From the human T2T-CHM13v2.0 reference genome, Homo sapiens: DNA of 64,000 nucleotides. This document shows positions 1 through 15,189 of this stretch, piece after piece. The notes beneath the pieces were generated by a model. It saw only the letters and a list, made by a program, of their open reading frames with translations, made no database searches and was not told the DNA's origin. Within the stretch, counting starts at the first letter, position 1; every line of letters begins with the position of its first letter. The position numbers and the translations under genes are program-made. The stretch is taken from NCBI RefSeq assembly GCF_009914755.1, contig NC_060933.1, one strand, 5' to 3'.

Positions 1-1160
1 ATTCCATTGCATTCCATTCCATTCCATTCCCCTGTACTCGGGTTTATTCCATTCCATTCCATTCCAATCCATGCCATTCCACTCGTGTTGATTCCATTCT
101 TTCCATTCCATTCAAGTTGAATCCATTCCATTGCATTCCATTCAATTTGATTCCATTCGATTGCACTCGGGTTGATTCCATTCCATTGCATTCCATTCCA
201 TTCCATTCCATTCCATTCCATTCCATTCCATTCCGTTCCATTCCATTCCATTACATTCGGATTGATTCTATTCAATTCCCTTACACTGCATTACATTCCA
301 TTCCATTCGGGTAGTTTCCATTCCATTCCATTCCATTCCCCTCCATTCCATTGCACTCGGGTTGATTCCATTCCATTGCATTCCATTCCATTCCATTCAA
401 TTCCATTCCGTTCCATTCAATTCCATTACATTCGGATTGATTCTATTCAACTCCCTTACTCTCCATTCCATTCCATTCCATTCGGGTTGTTCCATTCCAT
501 TCCATTCCATTCCACTCCATTCCATTGCACTCGGGTTGATTCCATTCCATTCCATTCCATTCCATTCCATTCCATTCCATTCCATTCCATTACAATCGAG
601 TTGATTCCTTTCCATTCCATTCCATTCCAGTCCTTTCCATTCCATTCCACTCGTGTTGATTCCATTCTATTAGTTTCCATTCCATTCCATTCCCTTCCAT
701 TCCACTCTGGTTGATTCCATTCCTTTCCATTCCACTCGAATACATTCCCTCCTATTCCACTTGGAACGATTCCATTCCATTCCATTCCATTCCATTCCAT
801 TCCATTCCATTCCATTTCGTTCCATTCCATTTTATTCCGTATGATTCCATTCCATTCCATTCCATTCAATTCCATTCCATTCCATTCCATTGTACTCGGG
901 TTGATTCCATTCCATTCCATTCCATTCCATTCCATTCCATTCCATTCCATTCCGTTCCATTCCATTACATTCGGATTGATTCTTTTCAACTCCCTTACTC
1001 TCCATTACATTCCATTCCATTCGGATTGTTCCATTCCATTCCATTCCATTCCACTCCATTCCATTGCACTCGGGTTGATTCCATTCCATTCCATTGCATT
1101 CCATTCCGGATGATTCCATTCCATTGCATTCTGTTCCATTACATTCCCCTGCAATCGGGT
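1..1160 (+). repeat. ~1.15-kb block duplicated at ~9530-10710
   Basis: TTCAATTTGATTCC 141/9672; TTACACTGCATTAC 281/9822; CCACTTGGAACG ~757/10293; TTTTATTCCGTATGATTCC ~830/10366; GATTCTTTTCAAC 978/10529. Confidence 0.82.
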
Positions 1161-2171
1161 TGATTCCATTCCATTCCATTCCATTCCATTCGATTCCATT
1201 CCATTCCCCTGAACTCGCGTTGATTCCATTCCATTCCATTCCATTCCATTCCATTCCATTCCATTCCATTCCTTTCCATTCCAGTCCTTTCCATTCCATT
1301 CCACTCGCGTTGATTCCATTCTATTAGTTTCCATTCCATTCCATTCCCTTCCATTCCACTCTGGTTGATTCCATTCCTTTCCATTCCACTCGAATACATT
1401 CCCTCCTGTTCCACTCGGAACGATTCCATTCCATTCCATTCCATTCCATTCCATTCCATTCCATTCCATTTCGTTCCATTCCATTCTATTCCGTATCATT
1501 CCATTCCATTCCTTTCCATTCCATTCCACTCGTGTTGATTTCATTCCTTTCCATTCCATTCGGTTTGAAGGCATTCCATTCCATTCCATTCCATTCGATT
1601 CCATTCCATTCCAGTCCATTCCATACCATTGTACTCGGGTTGATTCCATTCCATTGCATTCCATTCCATTCCATTCCATTCCATTCCGTTGCATTCCATT
1701 CCATTACATTCGGATTGATTCTATTCAACTCCCTTACTCTCCATTACATTCCATTCCATTCGGGTTGTTCCATTCCATTCCATTCCATTCCACTCCATTC
1801 CATTGCACTCGGATTCATTCCATTCCATTCCATTCCATTCCGGATGATTCCATTCCATTGCATTCCGTTCCATTACATTCCCCTGCACTCGGGTTGATTC
1901 CATTCCATTCCATTCCTTTCCATTCGATTCCATTCCATTCCAATTCTTTCCATTCCATTCTATTCCGTACCATTCCATTCCATTCCATACAATTCCATTC
2001 CATTCCATTCCACTCCGTTCCATTCCGTTCCGTTCCGTTCCGTTCCATTCCATTCCATTCCATTCTATTCGGTTTAATTCCATTCCATTCCATTCCATTC
2101 CATTACATTCTATTCCATTCCATTGCAATCGAGTTGAATCCATTGCATTCCATTCCATTCCATTCCATTCC

Positions 2172-2186
2172 ATTCCGGAAGATTCC
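2172..2186. promoter_or_regulatory. Putative heat-shock element nTTCn-nGAAn-nTTCn (ATTCCGGAAGATTCC); first of ~40 copies in the window
   Basis: The sequence reads aTTCc gGAAg aTTCc, three alternating nGAAn units in correct 5-bp register. The motif match is seen directly; HSF1 occupancy at this site is not shown. Confidence 0.45.
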
Positions 2187-5100
2187 ATTCCATTGCATTC
2201 CATTCCATTCCATTCCATTCCATTCCATTCCATTCCATTCCATTCCATTGTACTCGGGTTGATTCCATTCCATTGCATTCCATTCCATTCCATTCCATTC
2301 CATTCCATTCCGTTCCATTCCATTCCATTACATTCGGATTGATTCTTTTCAACTCCCTTACTCTCCATTACATTCCATTCCATTCGGGTTGTTCCATTCC
2401 ATTCCATTCCATTCGACTCCATTCCATTGCACTCGGGTTGATTCCACTCCATTCCATTCCATTCCATTCCGGATGATTCCATTCCATTGCATTCCGTTGC
2501 ATTCCATTCCCCTGCACTCGGGTTGATTCCATTCCATTCCATTCCATTCCATTCCATTCCATTCCATTCCATTCGTTTCCATTCCAGTCTTTTCCATTCC
2601 ATTCCACTCGGGTTGATTCCATTCTATTAGTTTCCATTCCATTCCATTCCCTTCCATTCCACTCTGGTTGATTCCATTCCTTTCCATTCCACTCGAATAC
2701 ATTCCCTGCTATTCCACTCGGAACGGTTCCATTCCATTCCATTCCATTCCATTCCATTCCATTTCGTTCCATTCCATTCTGTTCCGTATCATTCCATTCC
2801 ATTCCATTCCATTCCATTCCATTCCATTCCATTCCACTCGTGTTGATTCCATTCCTTTCCATTCCATTCGGTTTGAAGGCATTCCATTCCATTCCATTCC
2901 ATTCCTTTCCATTCCATTCCATTGTACTCGGGTTGATTCCATTCCATTGCATTCCATTCCATGCCATTCCATTCCATTCCATTCCATTCCATTCCGTTCC
3001 ATTCCATTCCATTACATTCGGGTTGATTCTATTCAACTCCCTTACTCTCCATTACATTCCATTCCATTCGGGTTGTTCCATTCCATTCCATTCCATTCCA
3101 CTCCATTCCATTGCACTCGGGTTGATTCCATTCCATTCCATTCCATTCCATTCCATTCCGGATGATTCCATTCCATTGCATTCCGTTCCATTCCATTCCC
3201 CTGCACTCGCGTTGATTCCATTCCATTCCATTCCATTCCATTCAATTCCATTCCATTACAATTCGTTCCATTCCATTCTATTCCGTACCATTCCATTCCA
3301 TTCCATAACATTCCATTCCATTCCATTCCATTCCATTCCATTCCATTCCGTTCCATTCCGTTCCATTCCTTTCCATTCCATTCTATTCGGGTTAATTCCA
3401 TTCCATTCCATTCCATTCCATTCCATTCCATTCCATTCCATTCCATTCCATTCTATTCCATTCCATTGAAATCGAGTTGAATCAATTGCATTTCATTCCA
3501 TTCCATTCCATTCCATTCCATTCCGGAAGATTCCATTCCATTGCATTCCATTCCATTCCATTCCCCTGCACTCGCGTTGATTCCATTCCATTCCATTCCA
3601 TTCCATTCCATCCATTCCATTCCGTTTCGTTCCATTCCATTCCATTCCATTCCATTCCGTTCCGTTCCATTCCATTCCATTCCATTCTATGCGGGTTAAT
3701 TCCATTCCATTCCATTCGATTGCAATCGAGTTGATTCCATTCCATTCCACTCCATTCCATTCCATTCCATTCCATTCCTTTCCATTCCATTACGGATGAT
3801 TCCATTCCATTGCATTCCATTCCATACCATTCCCCTGTACTCGGGTTGATTCCATTCCATTCCATTCCAATCCATGCCATTCCACTCGTGTTGATTCCAT
3901 TCTTTCCATTCCATTCAAGTTGAATCCATTCCATTGCATTCCATTCCATTCCATTCCCCTGCAGTCGGGTTGTTTCCATTCCATTCCATTCCATTCCATT
4001 CCGTTCCGTTCCATTCCATTCCATTCCATTACATTCTATTCGGGTTAATTCCATTCCATTCCATTCCATTCCATTCCATTCCATTCCTTTCCATTCCAAT
4101 CGAGTTGATTCCATTCCATTCCATTCCATTCCATTCCATTCCACTCCATTCCAGTCCTTTCCATTCCATTCCACTCGGGTTGATTCCAATGTATTCCATT
4201 CCATTCCATTCCATTCCATTCCATTCCATTCCATTACAATCGAGTTGATTCCATTCCATTCCATTCCATTCCAGTCCTTTCCATTCCATTCCTCTCGGGT
4301 TGATTCCATTCTATTAGTTTCCATTCCATTCCATTCCCTTCCATTCCACTCTGGTTGATTCCATTCCTTTCCATTCCACTCGAATACATTCCCTCCTATT
4401 CCACTCGGAACGATTCCATTCCATTCCATTCCATTCCATTCCATTCCATTCCATTCCATTCCATTGTACTCGGGTTGATTCAATTCCATTGCATTCCATT
4501 CCATTCCATTCCATTCCATTCCATTCCGTTGCATTCCATTCCATTACATTCGGATTGATTCTATTCAACTACCTTACTCTCCATTACATTCCATTCCATT
4601 CGGGTTGTTCCATTCCATTCCATTCCATTCCACTCCATTCCATTGCACTCGGGTTGATTCCATTCCATTCCATTCCATTCCATTCCATTCCATTCCATTC
4701 CGGATGATTCCATTCCATTGCATTCCGTTCCATTACATTCCCCTGCACTCGCGTTGATTCCATTCCATTCCATTCAATTCCATTCCATTACAATTCGTTC
4801 CATTCCATTCTATTCCGTACCATTCCATTCCATTCCATACCATTCCATTCCATTCCATTCCATTCCATTCCGTTCCATTCCGTTCCATTCCATTCCATTC
4901 CATTCTCTTCGAATTAATTCCATTCCATTCCATTCCATTCCATTCTATTCCATTCCATTGCAATCGAGTTGAATCCATTGCATTTCATTCCATTCCATTC
5001 CATTCCATTCCATTCCGGAAGATTCCATTCCATTGCATTCCATTCCATTCCATTCCCCTGCACTCGCGTTGATTCCATTCCATTCCATTCCATTCCATTC

Positions 5101-8100
5101 CATTCCATTCCATTCCATTCCGTTCCGTTCCATTCCATTCCATTCCATTCCATTCCGTTCCGTTCCATTCCATTCCATTCCATTCTATTCCGGTTAATTC
5201 CATTCCATTCCATTCGATTGCAGTCGAGTTGATTCCATTCCATTCCATTCCATTCCATTCCATTCCATTCCATTCCAATCGAGTTGATTCCATTCCATTC
5301 CATTCCATTCCATTCCATTCGACTCCATTCCAGTCCTTTCCATTCCATTCCACTCGGGTTGATTCCAATTTATTCCTTTCCATTCCAGTCCATTCCATTG
5401 CAATCGAGTTGATTCCATTGCTTTGCATTCCATTCCATTCCATTCCATTCCGGATTATTCCTTTCCATTGCATTGCATTCCATTCCATTCCCCTGCACTC
5501 GGGTTGATTCCATTCCATTCCACTCCATTCCGTTCCATTCCATTCCATTCCATTGTATTCGGGTTAATTCCATTCCATTCCATTCCATTCCATTACAATC
5601 GAGTTGATTCCATTCCATTCCATTCCATTCCAGTCCTTTCCATTCCATTCCACTCGGGTTGATTCCATTCTATTAGTTTCCATTCCATTCCATTCCCTTC
5701 CATTCCACTCTGGTTGATACCATTCCTTTCCATTCCACTCGAATACATTCCCTCCTATTCCACTCGGAACGATTCCATTCCATTCCATTCCATTCCATTC
5801 CATTCCATTCCATTTCGTTCCATTCCATTCTATTCCGTATCATTCCATTCCATTCCATTCGATTCCATTCCATTCCATTCCATTCCATTCCATTCCATTG
5901 TACTCAGGTTGATTCAATTCCATTGCATTCCATTCCATTCCATTCCATTCCATTCCATTCCGTTGCATTCCATTCCATTACATTCGGATTGATTCTATTC
6001 ACCTCCCTTACTCTCCATTACATTCCATTCCATTCGGGTTGTTCCATTCCATTCCATTCCATTCCACTCCATTCCATTGCACTCGGGTTGATTCCATTGC
6101 ATTCCATTCCATTCCATTCCATTCCATTCCATTCCGGATGATTCCATTCCATTGCATTCCGTTCCATTACATTCCCCTGCACTCGCGTTGATTCCATTCC
6201 ATTCCATTCAATTCCATTCCATTACAATTCGTTCCATTCCATTCTATTCCGTACCATTCCATTCCATTCCATAGCATTCCATTCCATTCCATTCCATTCC
6301 ATTCCGTTCCATTCCGTTCCATTCCATTCCATTCCATTCTATTCGGATTAATTCCGTTCCAATCCATTCCATTCCATTCTATTCCATTCCATTGCAATCG
6401 AGTTGAATCCATTGCATTTCATTCCATTCCATTCCATTCCATTCCATTCCGGAATATTCCATTCCATTGCATTCCATTCCATTCCATTCCCCTGCACTCA
6501 CGTTGATTCCATTCCATTCCATTCCATTCCATTCCATTCCATTCCGTTAAGTTCCGTTCCTTTCCATTCCATTCCATTCCATTCCATTCCGTTCCGTTCC
6601 ATTCCATTCCATTCCATTCTATTCGGGTTAATTCCATTCCATTCCATTCGATTGCAATCGAGTTGATTCCATTCCATTCTATTCCATTCCATTCCATTCC
6701 ATTCCCTTCCTTTCCATTCCATTACGGATGATTCCATTCCATTGCATTCCATTCCATTCCATTCCCCTGTACTCGGGTTGATTCCATTCCATTCTATTCC
6801 AATCCATGCCATTACACTCGTGTTGATTCCATTCTTTCCATTCCATTCAGGTGAATCCATTCCATTGCATTCCATTCCATTCCATTCCCCTGCAGTCGGG
6901 TTGATTCCATTCCATTCCATTCCATTCTATTCCATTCCATTCCATTCCATTCCGTTCCGTTCCATTCCATTCCATTCCATTCTATTCGGGTTAATTCCAT
7001 TCCATTCCATTCCATTCCATTGCAATCGAGTTGATTCCATTCCATTCCATTCCATTCCATTCCACTCCATTCCAGTCCTTTCCATTCCATTCCACTCGGG
7101 TTGATTCCAATGTATTCCTTTCCATTCCATTCCATTCCATTGCAATCGAGTTGATTCCATTGCTTTGCATTCCATTCCATTCCATTCCATTCCGGATGAT
7201 TCCATTCCATTGCATTCCATTCCATTCCATTCCCCTGCACTCGGGTTGATTCCATTCCATTCCACTCCATTCCGTTCCATTCCCTTCCATTCCATTTTAT
7301 TCGGGTTAATTCAATTCCATTCCATTCCATTCCATTCCATTCCATTACAATCGAGTTGATTCCATTCCATTCCATTCCATTCCAGTCCTTTCCATTCCAT
7401 TCCACTCGGGTTGATTCCATTCTATTAGTTTCCATTCCATTCCATTCCCTTCCATTCCACTCTGGTTGATACCATTCCTTTCCATTCCACTCGAATACTT
7501 TCCCTCCTATTCCACTCGGAACGATTCCATTCCATTCCATTCCATTCCAATCCATTCCATTTCGTTCCATTCCATTCTATTCCGTATCAATCCATTCCAT
7601 TCCATTCCATTCCATTCCATTCCATTCCATTCCATTCCATTGTACTCGGGTTGATTCAATTCCATTGCATTCCATTCCATTCCATTCCATTCCATTCCAT
7701 TCCGTTGCATTCCATTCCATTACATTCGGATTGATTCTATTCAACTCCCTTACTCTCCATTACATTCCATTCCATTCGGGTTGTTCCATTCCATTCCATT
7801 CCATTCCACTCCATTCCATTGCACTTGGGTTGATTCCATTCCATTCCATTCCATTCCATTCCATTGCATTCCGTTCCGGATGATTCCATTCCATTGCATT
7901 CCGTTCCATTACATTCCCCTGCACTCGGGTTGATTCCATTCCATTGCATTCCATTCCATTCCATTCCATTCCATTCCATTCCATTCCATTCCATTCCGTT
8001 CCATTCCATTACATTCGGATTGATTCTATTCAACTCCCTTACTCTGCATTCCTTTCCATTCCATTCGCGTTGTTCCATTCCATTCCATTCCATTCCACTC

Positions 8101-11100
8101 CATTCCATTGCGCTCGGGTTGATTCCATTCCATTCCATTCCATTCCATTCCATTCCGGATGATTCCATTCCATTGCATTCCGTTCCATTACATTCCCCTG
8201 CACTCGGGTTGATTCCATTCCATTCCATTCCATTCCATTCGATTCCATTCCATTCCAATTCTTTCCATTCCATTCTATTCCGTACCATTCCATTCCATTC
8301 CATACAATTCCATTCCATTCCATTCCACTCCGTTCCGTTCCGTTCCTTTCTGTTCCGTTCCATTCCATTCCATTCCATTCTATTCGGTTTAATTCCATTC
8401 CATTCCATTCCATTCCATTCCATTCCATTCCATTCCATTCTATTCCATTCCATTGCAATCGAGTTGAATCCATTGCATTCCATTCCATTCCATTCCATTC
8501 CATTCCATTCCATTCCATTCAATTCCGGAAGATTCCATTCCATTGCATTACATTCCATTCCATTCCATTCCATTCCATTCCATTCCATTCCATTGTACTC
8601 GGGTTGATTCCATTCCATTGCATTCCATTCCATTCCATTCCATTCCATTCCATTCCATTCCATTCCATTCCATTTCGTTCCATTCCATTCTATTCCGTAT
8701 CATTCCATTCCATTCCATTCGATTCCATTCCATTCCATTCCATTCCATTCCATTCCATTGTACTCGGGTTGATTCAATTCCATTGCATTCCATTCCATTC
8801 CATTCCATTCCATTCCATTCCATTCCATTCCGTTGCATTCCATTCCATTACATTCGGATTGATTCTATTCAACTCCCTTACTCTCCCTTACATTCCACTG
8901 CACTCGGGTTGATTCCATTCCATTCCATTCCATTCCTTTCCATTCCATTCCGGATGATTCCATTCCATTGCATTCCGTTCCATTACATTCCCCTGCACTC
9001 GCGTTGATTCCATTCCATTCCATTCCATTCCATTCAATTCCATTCCATTACAATTCGTTCCATTCTATTCTATTCCGTACCATTCCATTCCATTCCATGC
9101 CATTCCATTCCATTCCATTCCATTCCATTCCGTTCCATTTCGTTCCATTCCATTCCATTCCATTCTATTCGGATTAATTCCATTCCATTAAATTCCATTC
9201 TATTCCATTCCATTGCAATCGAGTTGAATCCATTGCATTCCATTCCATTCCATTCCATTCCATTCCATTCCGGAAGTTTCCATTCCATTGCATTCAATTC
9301 CATTCCATTCCCCTGCACTCCCGTTAATTCCATTCCATTCCATTCCATTCCGTTCCGTTCCATTCCATTCTATTCCATTCCGTTCCGTTCCATTCCATTC
9401 CATTCCATTCTATTCGGGTTAATTCCATTCCATTCCATTCGATTGCAATCGAGTTGATTCCATTCCATTCCATTCCATTCCATTCCATTCCATTCCATTC
9501 CATTCCTTTCCATTCCATTACGGATGATTCCATTCCATTGCATTCCATTCCATTCCATTCCCCTGTACTCGGGTTGATTCCATTCCATTCCATTCCCATC
9601 CATGCCATTCCACTCGTGTTGATTCCATTCTTTCCATTCCATTCAAGTTGAATCCATTCCATTGCATTCCATTCAATTTGATTCCATTCGTTTGCACTCA
9701 GGTTGATTCCATTCCATTGCATTCCATTCCATTCCATTCCATTCCATTCCATTCCATTCCATTCCATTCCATTCCGTTCCATTCCATTCCATTACATTCG
9801 GATTGATTCTATTCAATTCCCTTACACTGCATTACATTCCATTCCATTCGGGTAGTTTCCATTCCATTCCATTCCATTCCCCTCCATTCCATTGCACTCG
9901 GGTTGATTCCATTCCATTGCATTCCATTCCATTCCATTCAATTCCATTCCGTTCCATTCAATTCCATTACATTCGGATTGATTCTATTCAACTCCCTTAC
10001 TCTCCATTCCATTCCATTCCATTCGGGTTGTTCCATTCCATTCCATTCCATTCCACTCCATTCCATTGCACTCGGGTTGATTCCATTCCATTCCATTCCA
10101 TTCCATTCCATTCCATTCCATTCCATTACAATCGAGTTGATTCCATTCCATTCCATTCCATTCCAGTCCTTTCCATTCCATTCCACTCGGGTTGATTCCA
10201 TTCTATTAGTTTCCATTTCATTCCATTCCCTTCCATTCCACTCTGGTTGATTCCATTCCTTTCCATTCCACTCGAATACATTCCCTACTATTCCACTTGG
10301 AACGATTCCATTCCATTCCATTACATTCCATTCCATTCCATTCCATTCCATTTCGTTCCATTCCATTTTATTCCGTATGATTCCATTCCATTCCATTCCA
10401 TTCCATTCCATTCCATTCCATTCCATTGTACTCGGGTTGATTCCATTCCATTGCATTCCATTCCATTCCATTCCATTCCATTCCATTCCATTCCATTGCG
10501 TTCCATTCCATTCCATTACATTCGGATTGATTCTTTTCAACTCCCTTACTCTCCATTACATTCCATTCCATTCGGGTTGTTCCATTCCATTCCTTTCCAT
10601 TGCACTTCATTCCATTGCACTCTGGTTGATTCCATTCCATTCCATTCCATTCCATTCCGGATGATTCCATTCCATTGCATTCCGTTCCACTACGTTCCCC
10701 TGCACTCGGGTTGATTCCATTCCATTCCTTTCCATTCCATTCGATTCCATTCCATTCCTTTCCGTTCCATTCCATTCCATTCCATTCCATTCCATTCCGT
10801 TCCGTTCCATTCCATTCCATTCCATTCTATTCGGGTTAATTCCATTCCATTCCATTCGATTGCAATCGAGTTGATTCCATTCCATTCCATTCCATTCCAT
10901 TCCATTCCATTCCAGTCCTTTCCATTCCTTTCCATTCCATTACTGATGATTCCATTCCATTGCATTCCATTCCATTCCATTCCCCTGTACTCGGGTTGAT
11001 TCCATTCCATTCCATTCCAATCCATGCCATTCCACTCGTGTTGATTCCATTCTTTCCTTTCCATTCAAGTTGAATCCATTCCATTGCATTCCATTCCATT

Positions 11101-14100
11101 TGATTCCATTCAATTGCACTCGGGTTGATTCCATTCCATTGCATTCCATTCCATTCCATTGCATTCCATTCCATTCCCTTCCATTCCACTCTGGTTGATT
11201 CCATTCCTTTCCATTCCACTCGAATACTTTCCCTCCTATTCCACTCAGAACGATTCCATTCCATTCCATTCCATTCCATTCCATTCCATTCCATTCTATT
11301 CCATTCCATTGTACTCGTGTTGATTCCATTCCATTGCATTCCATTCCATTCCATTCCATTCCATTCCATTCCATTCCGTTGCATTCCATTCCATTACATT
11401 CGGATTGATTCTATTCAACTCCCTTACTCTCCATTACATTGCATTCCATTGGGGTTGTTCCATTCCATTCCATTCCATTCCACTCCATTCCATTGCACTC
11501 GCGTTGATTCCATTCCATTCCATTCCATTCCATTCCATTCCATTCCGGATGATTCCATTCCATTGCATTCCGTTCCATTACATTCCCCTGCACTCGCGTT
11601 GATTCCATTCCATTCCATTCCATTACATTCAATTCCATTCCATTACAATTGGTTCCATTCCATTCTATTCCGTACCATTCCATTCCATTCCATACCATTC
11701 CATTCCATTCCATTCCATTCCATTCCGTTCCATTCCGTTCCATTCCATTCCATTCCATTCTATTCGGATTAATTCCATTCCATTGCATTCCATTCCATTC
11801 TATTCCATTCCATTGAAATCGAGTTGAATCCATTGCATTTCATTCCATTCCATTCCATTCCGGAAGATTCCATTCCATTGCATTCCATTCCATTCCATTC
11901 CCCTGCACTCGCGTTGATTCCATTCCATTCCATTCCATTCCATTCCGTTCCATTCCATTCCATTCCATTCCATTCCATTCCGTTCCGTTCCATTCCATTC
12001 CATTCCATTCTATTCGGGTTAATTCAATTCGATTCCATTCGATTGCACTCGGGTTGATTCCATTCCATTGCATTCCATTCCATTCCATTCCATTCCATTC
12101 CATTCCATTCCATTCCATTCCATTCCGTTCCATTCCATTCCTTTACATTCGGATTGATTCTATTCAATTCCCTTACACTCCATTACATTCCATTCCATTC
12201 GGGTAGTTTTCATTCCATTCCATTCCATTCCTCTCCATTGCATTGCAATCGGGTTGATTCCATTCCATTGCATTCCATTCCATTCCATTCAATTCCATTC
12301 CGTTCCATTCCATTCCATTACATTCGGATTGATTCTATTCAACTCCCTTACTCTCCATTACATTCCATTCCATTCGGGTTGTTCCATTCCATTCCATTCC
12401 ATTCCACTCCATTCCATTGCACTCGGGTTGATTCCATTCCATTCCATTCCATTCCATTCCATTCCGGAAGATTCCATTCCATTGCATTCCATTCCATTCC
12501 ATTCCATTGCACTCGCGTTGATTCCATTCCATTCCATTCCATTCCATTCCATTCCATTCCATTCCATTCCTTTCCGTTCCATTCCATTCCATTCCATTCC
12601 AATCCATTCCATTCCGTTCTGTTCCGTTCCATTCCATTCCATTCCATTCTATTCGGGTTAATTCCATTCGATTCCATTCGATTGCAATCGAGTTGATTCC
12701 ATTCCATTCTATTCCATTCCATTCCATTCCATTCCATTCCTTTCCATTCCATTCCATTACGGATGATTCCATTCCATTGCATTCCATTCCATTCCATTCC
12801 ATTCCATTCCATTCCATTCCATTCCATTACAATCGAGTTGATTCCATTCCATTCCATTCCATTCCACTCCTTTCCATTCCATTCCACTCGGGTTGATTCC
12901 ATTCTATTAGTTTCCATTCCATTCCATTCCCTTCCATTCCACTCTGGTTGATACCATTCCTTTCCATTCCACTCGTATACATTCCCTCCTATTCCACTCG
13001 GAACGATTCCATTCCATTCCATTCCATTCCATTCCATTCCATTCCATTCCATTCCATTCCATTTCGTTCCATTCCATTCTATTCCGTATCATTCCATTCC
13101 ATTCCATTCGATTCCATTCCATTCCATTCCATTCCATTGTACTCGGGTTGATTCAATTCCATTGCATTCCATTCGATTCCATTCCATTCCATTCCATTCC
13201 ATTCCGTTGCATTCCATTCCATTACATTCGGATTGATTCTATTCAACTCCCTTACTCTCCGTTACATTCCATTGCACTCGGGTTGATTCCATTCCATTCC
13301 ATTACTTTCCATTCCATTCCATTCCATTCCGGATGATTCCATTCCATTGCATTCCGTTCCATTACATTCCCTTGCACTCGCGTTGATTCCATTCCATTCC
13401 ATTCCATTCCATTCAATTCCATTCCATTACAATTCGTTCCATTCCATTCTATTCCGTACCATTCCATTCCATTCCATACCATTCCATTCCATTCCATTCC
13501 ATTCCATTCCGTTCCATTCTGTTCCATTCCATTCCATTCCATTCTATTCGGATTAATTCCATTCCATTCCATTCCATTCCATTCTATTCCATTCCATTGC
13601 AATCGAGTTGAATCCATTGCATTTCGTTCCATTCCATTTCATTCCATTCCATTCCGGAAGATTCCATTCTATTACATTCCATTCCATTCCATTCCCCTAC
13701 AGTCGCGTTGATTCCATTCCATTCCATTCCATTCCATTCCATTCCATTCCTTTCCGTTCCATTCCATTCCATTCCATTCCATTTCATTCCGTTCCGTTCC
13801 ATTCTATTCCATTCCATTCCATTCTATTCGGGTTAATTCCATTCCATTCCATTCGATTGTAATCGAGTTGATTCCATTCCATTCCATTCCATTCCATTCC
13901 ATTCCATTCCATTCCATTCCTTTCCATTCCATTACGGATGATTCCATTCCATTGTATTCCATTCCATTCCATTCCCCTGTACTCGGGTTGATTCCATTCC
14001 ATTCCATTCCAATCCATGCCATTCCACTCGTGTTGATTCCATTCTTTCCATTCCATTCAAGTTGAATCCATTCCATTGCATTCCATTCCATTCGATTCCA

Positions 14101-15189
14101 TTCGATTGCACTCGGGTTGATTCAATTCCATTGCATTCCATTCCATTCCATTCCATTCCATTCCATTCCGTTGCATTCCATTCCATTACATTCGGATTGA
14201 TTCTATTCAACTCCCTTACTCTCCATTACATTCCATTCCATTCGGGTTGTTCCATTCCATTCCATTCCATTCCACTCCATTCCATTGCACTCGGGTTGAT
14301 TCCATTCCATTCCATTCCATTCCATTCCATTCCGGATGATTCCATTCCATTACATTCCGTTCCATTACATTCCCTTGCACTCGCGTTGATTCCATTCGAT
14401 TCCATTCCATTCCATTCAATTCCATTCCATTACAATTCGTTCCATTCCATTCTATTCCGTACCATTCCATTCCATTCCATAACATTCCATTCCATTCCAT
14501 TCCATTCCATTCCATTCCATTCGGTTCCATTCCATTCCATTCCATTCTATTCGGGTTAATTCCATTCCATTCCATTCCATTCCATTCCATTCTATTCCAT
14601 TCCATTGCAATCGAGTTGAATCCATTGCATTTCATTCCATTCCATTCCATTCCATTCCATTCCGGAAGATTCCATTCCATTGCATTCCATTCCATTCCAT
14701 TCCCCTGCACTCGCGTTGATTCCATTCCATTCCATTCCATTCCATTCCATCCATTCCATTCCGTTCTGTTCCATTCCATTCCATTCAATTCCATTCCGTT
14801 CCGTTCCATTCCATTCCACTCCATTCTATTCGGGTTAATTCCATTCCATTCCATTCGATTGCAATCGAGTTGATTCCATTCCATTCCATTCCATTCCATT
14901 CCATTCCATTCCTTTCCATTCCATTACGGATGATTCCATTCCATTGCATTCCACTCCACTCCATTCCCCTGTACTCGGGTTGATTCCATTCCATTCCATT
15001 CCAATCCACGCCATTCCACTCGTGTTGATTCCATTCTTTCCATTCCATTCAAGTTGAATCCATTCCATTGCATTCTATTCCATTCGATTCCATTCGATTG
15101 CACTTGGGTTGATTCCATTCCATTGCATTCCATTCCATTCCATTCCATTCCATTCCATTCCATTCCATTCCATTCCATTCCGTTCCATT

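Noticed and set aside
721-770. TCCCTCCT in module C resembling a reverse Shine-Dalgarno (AGGAGGGA on minus strand)
   Set aside because: Eukaryotic satellite context; a chance pentamer-derived variant.
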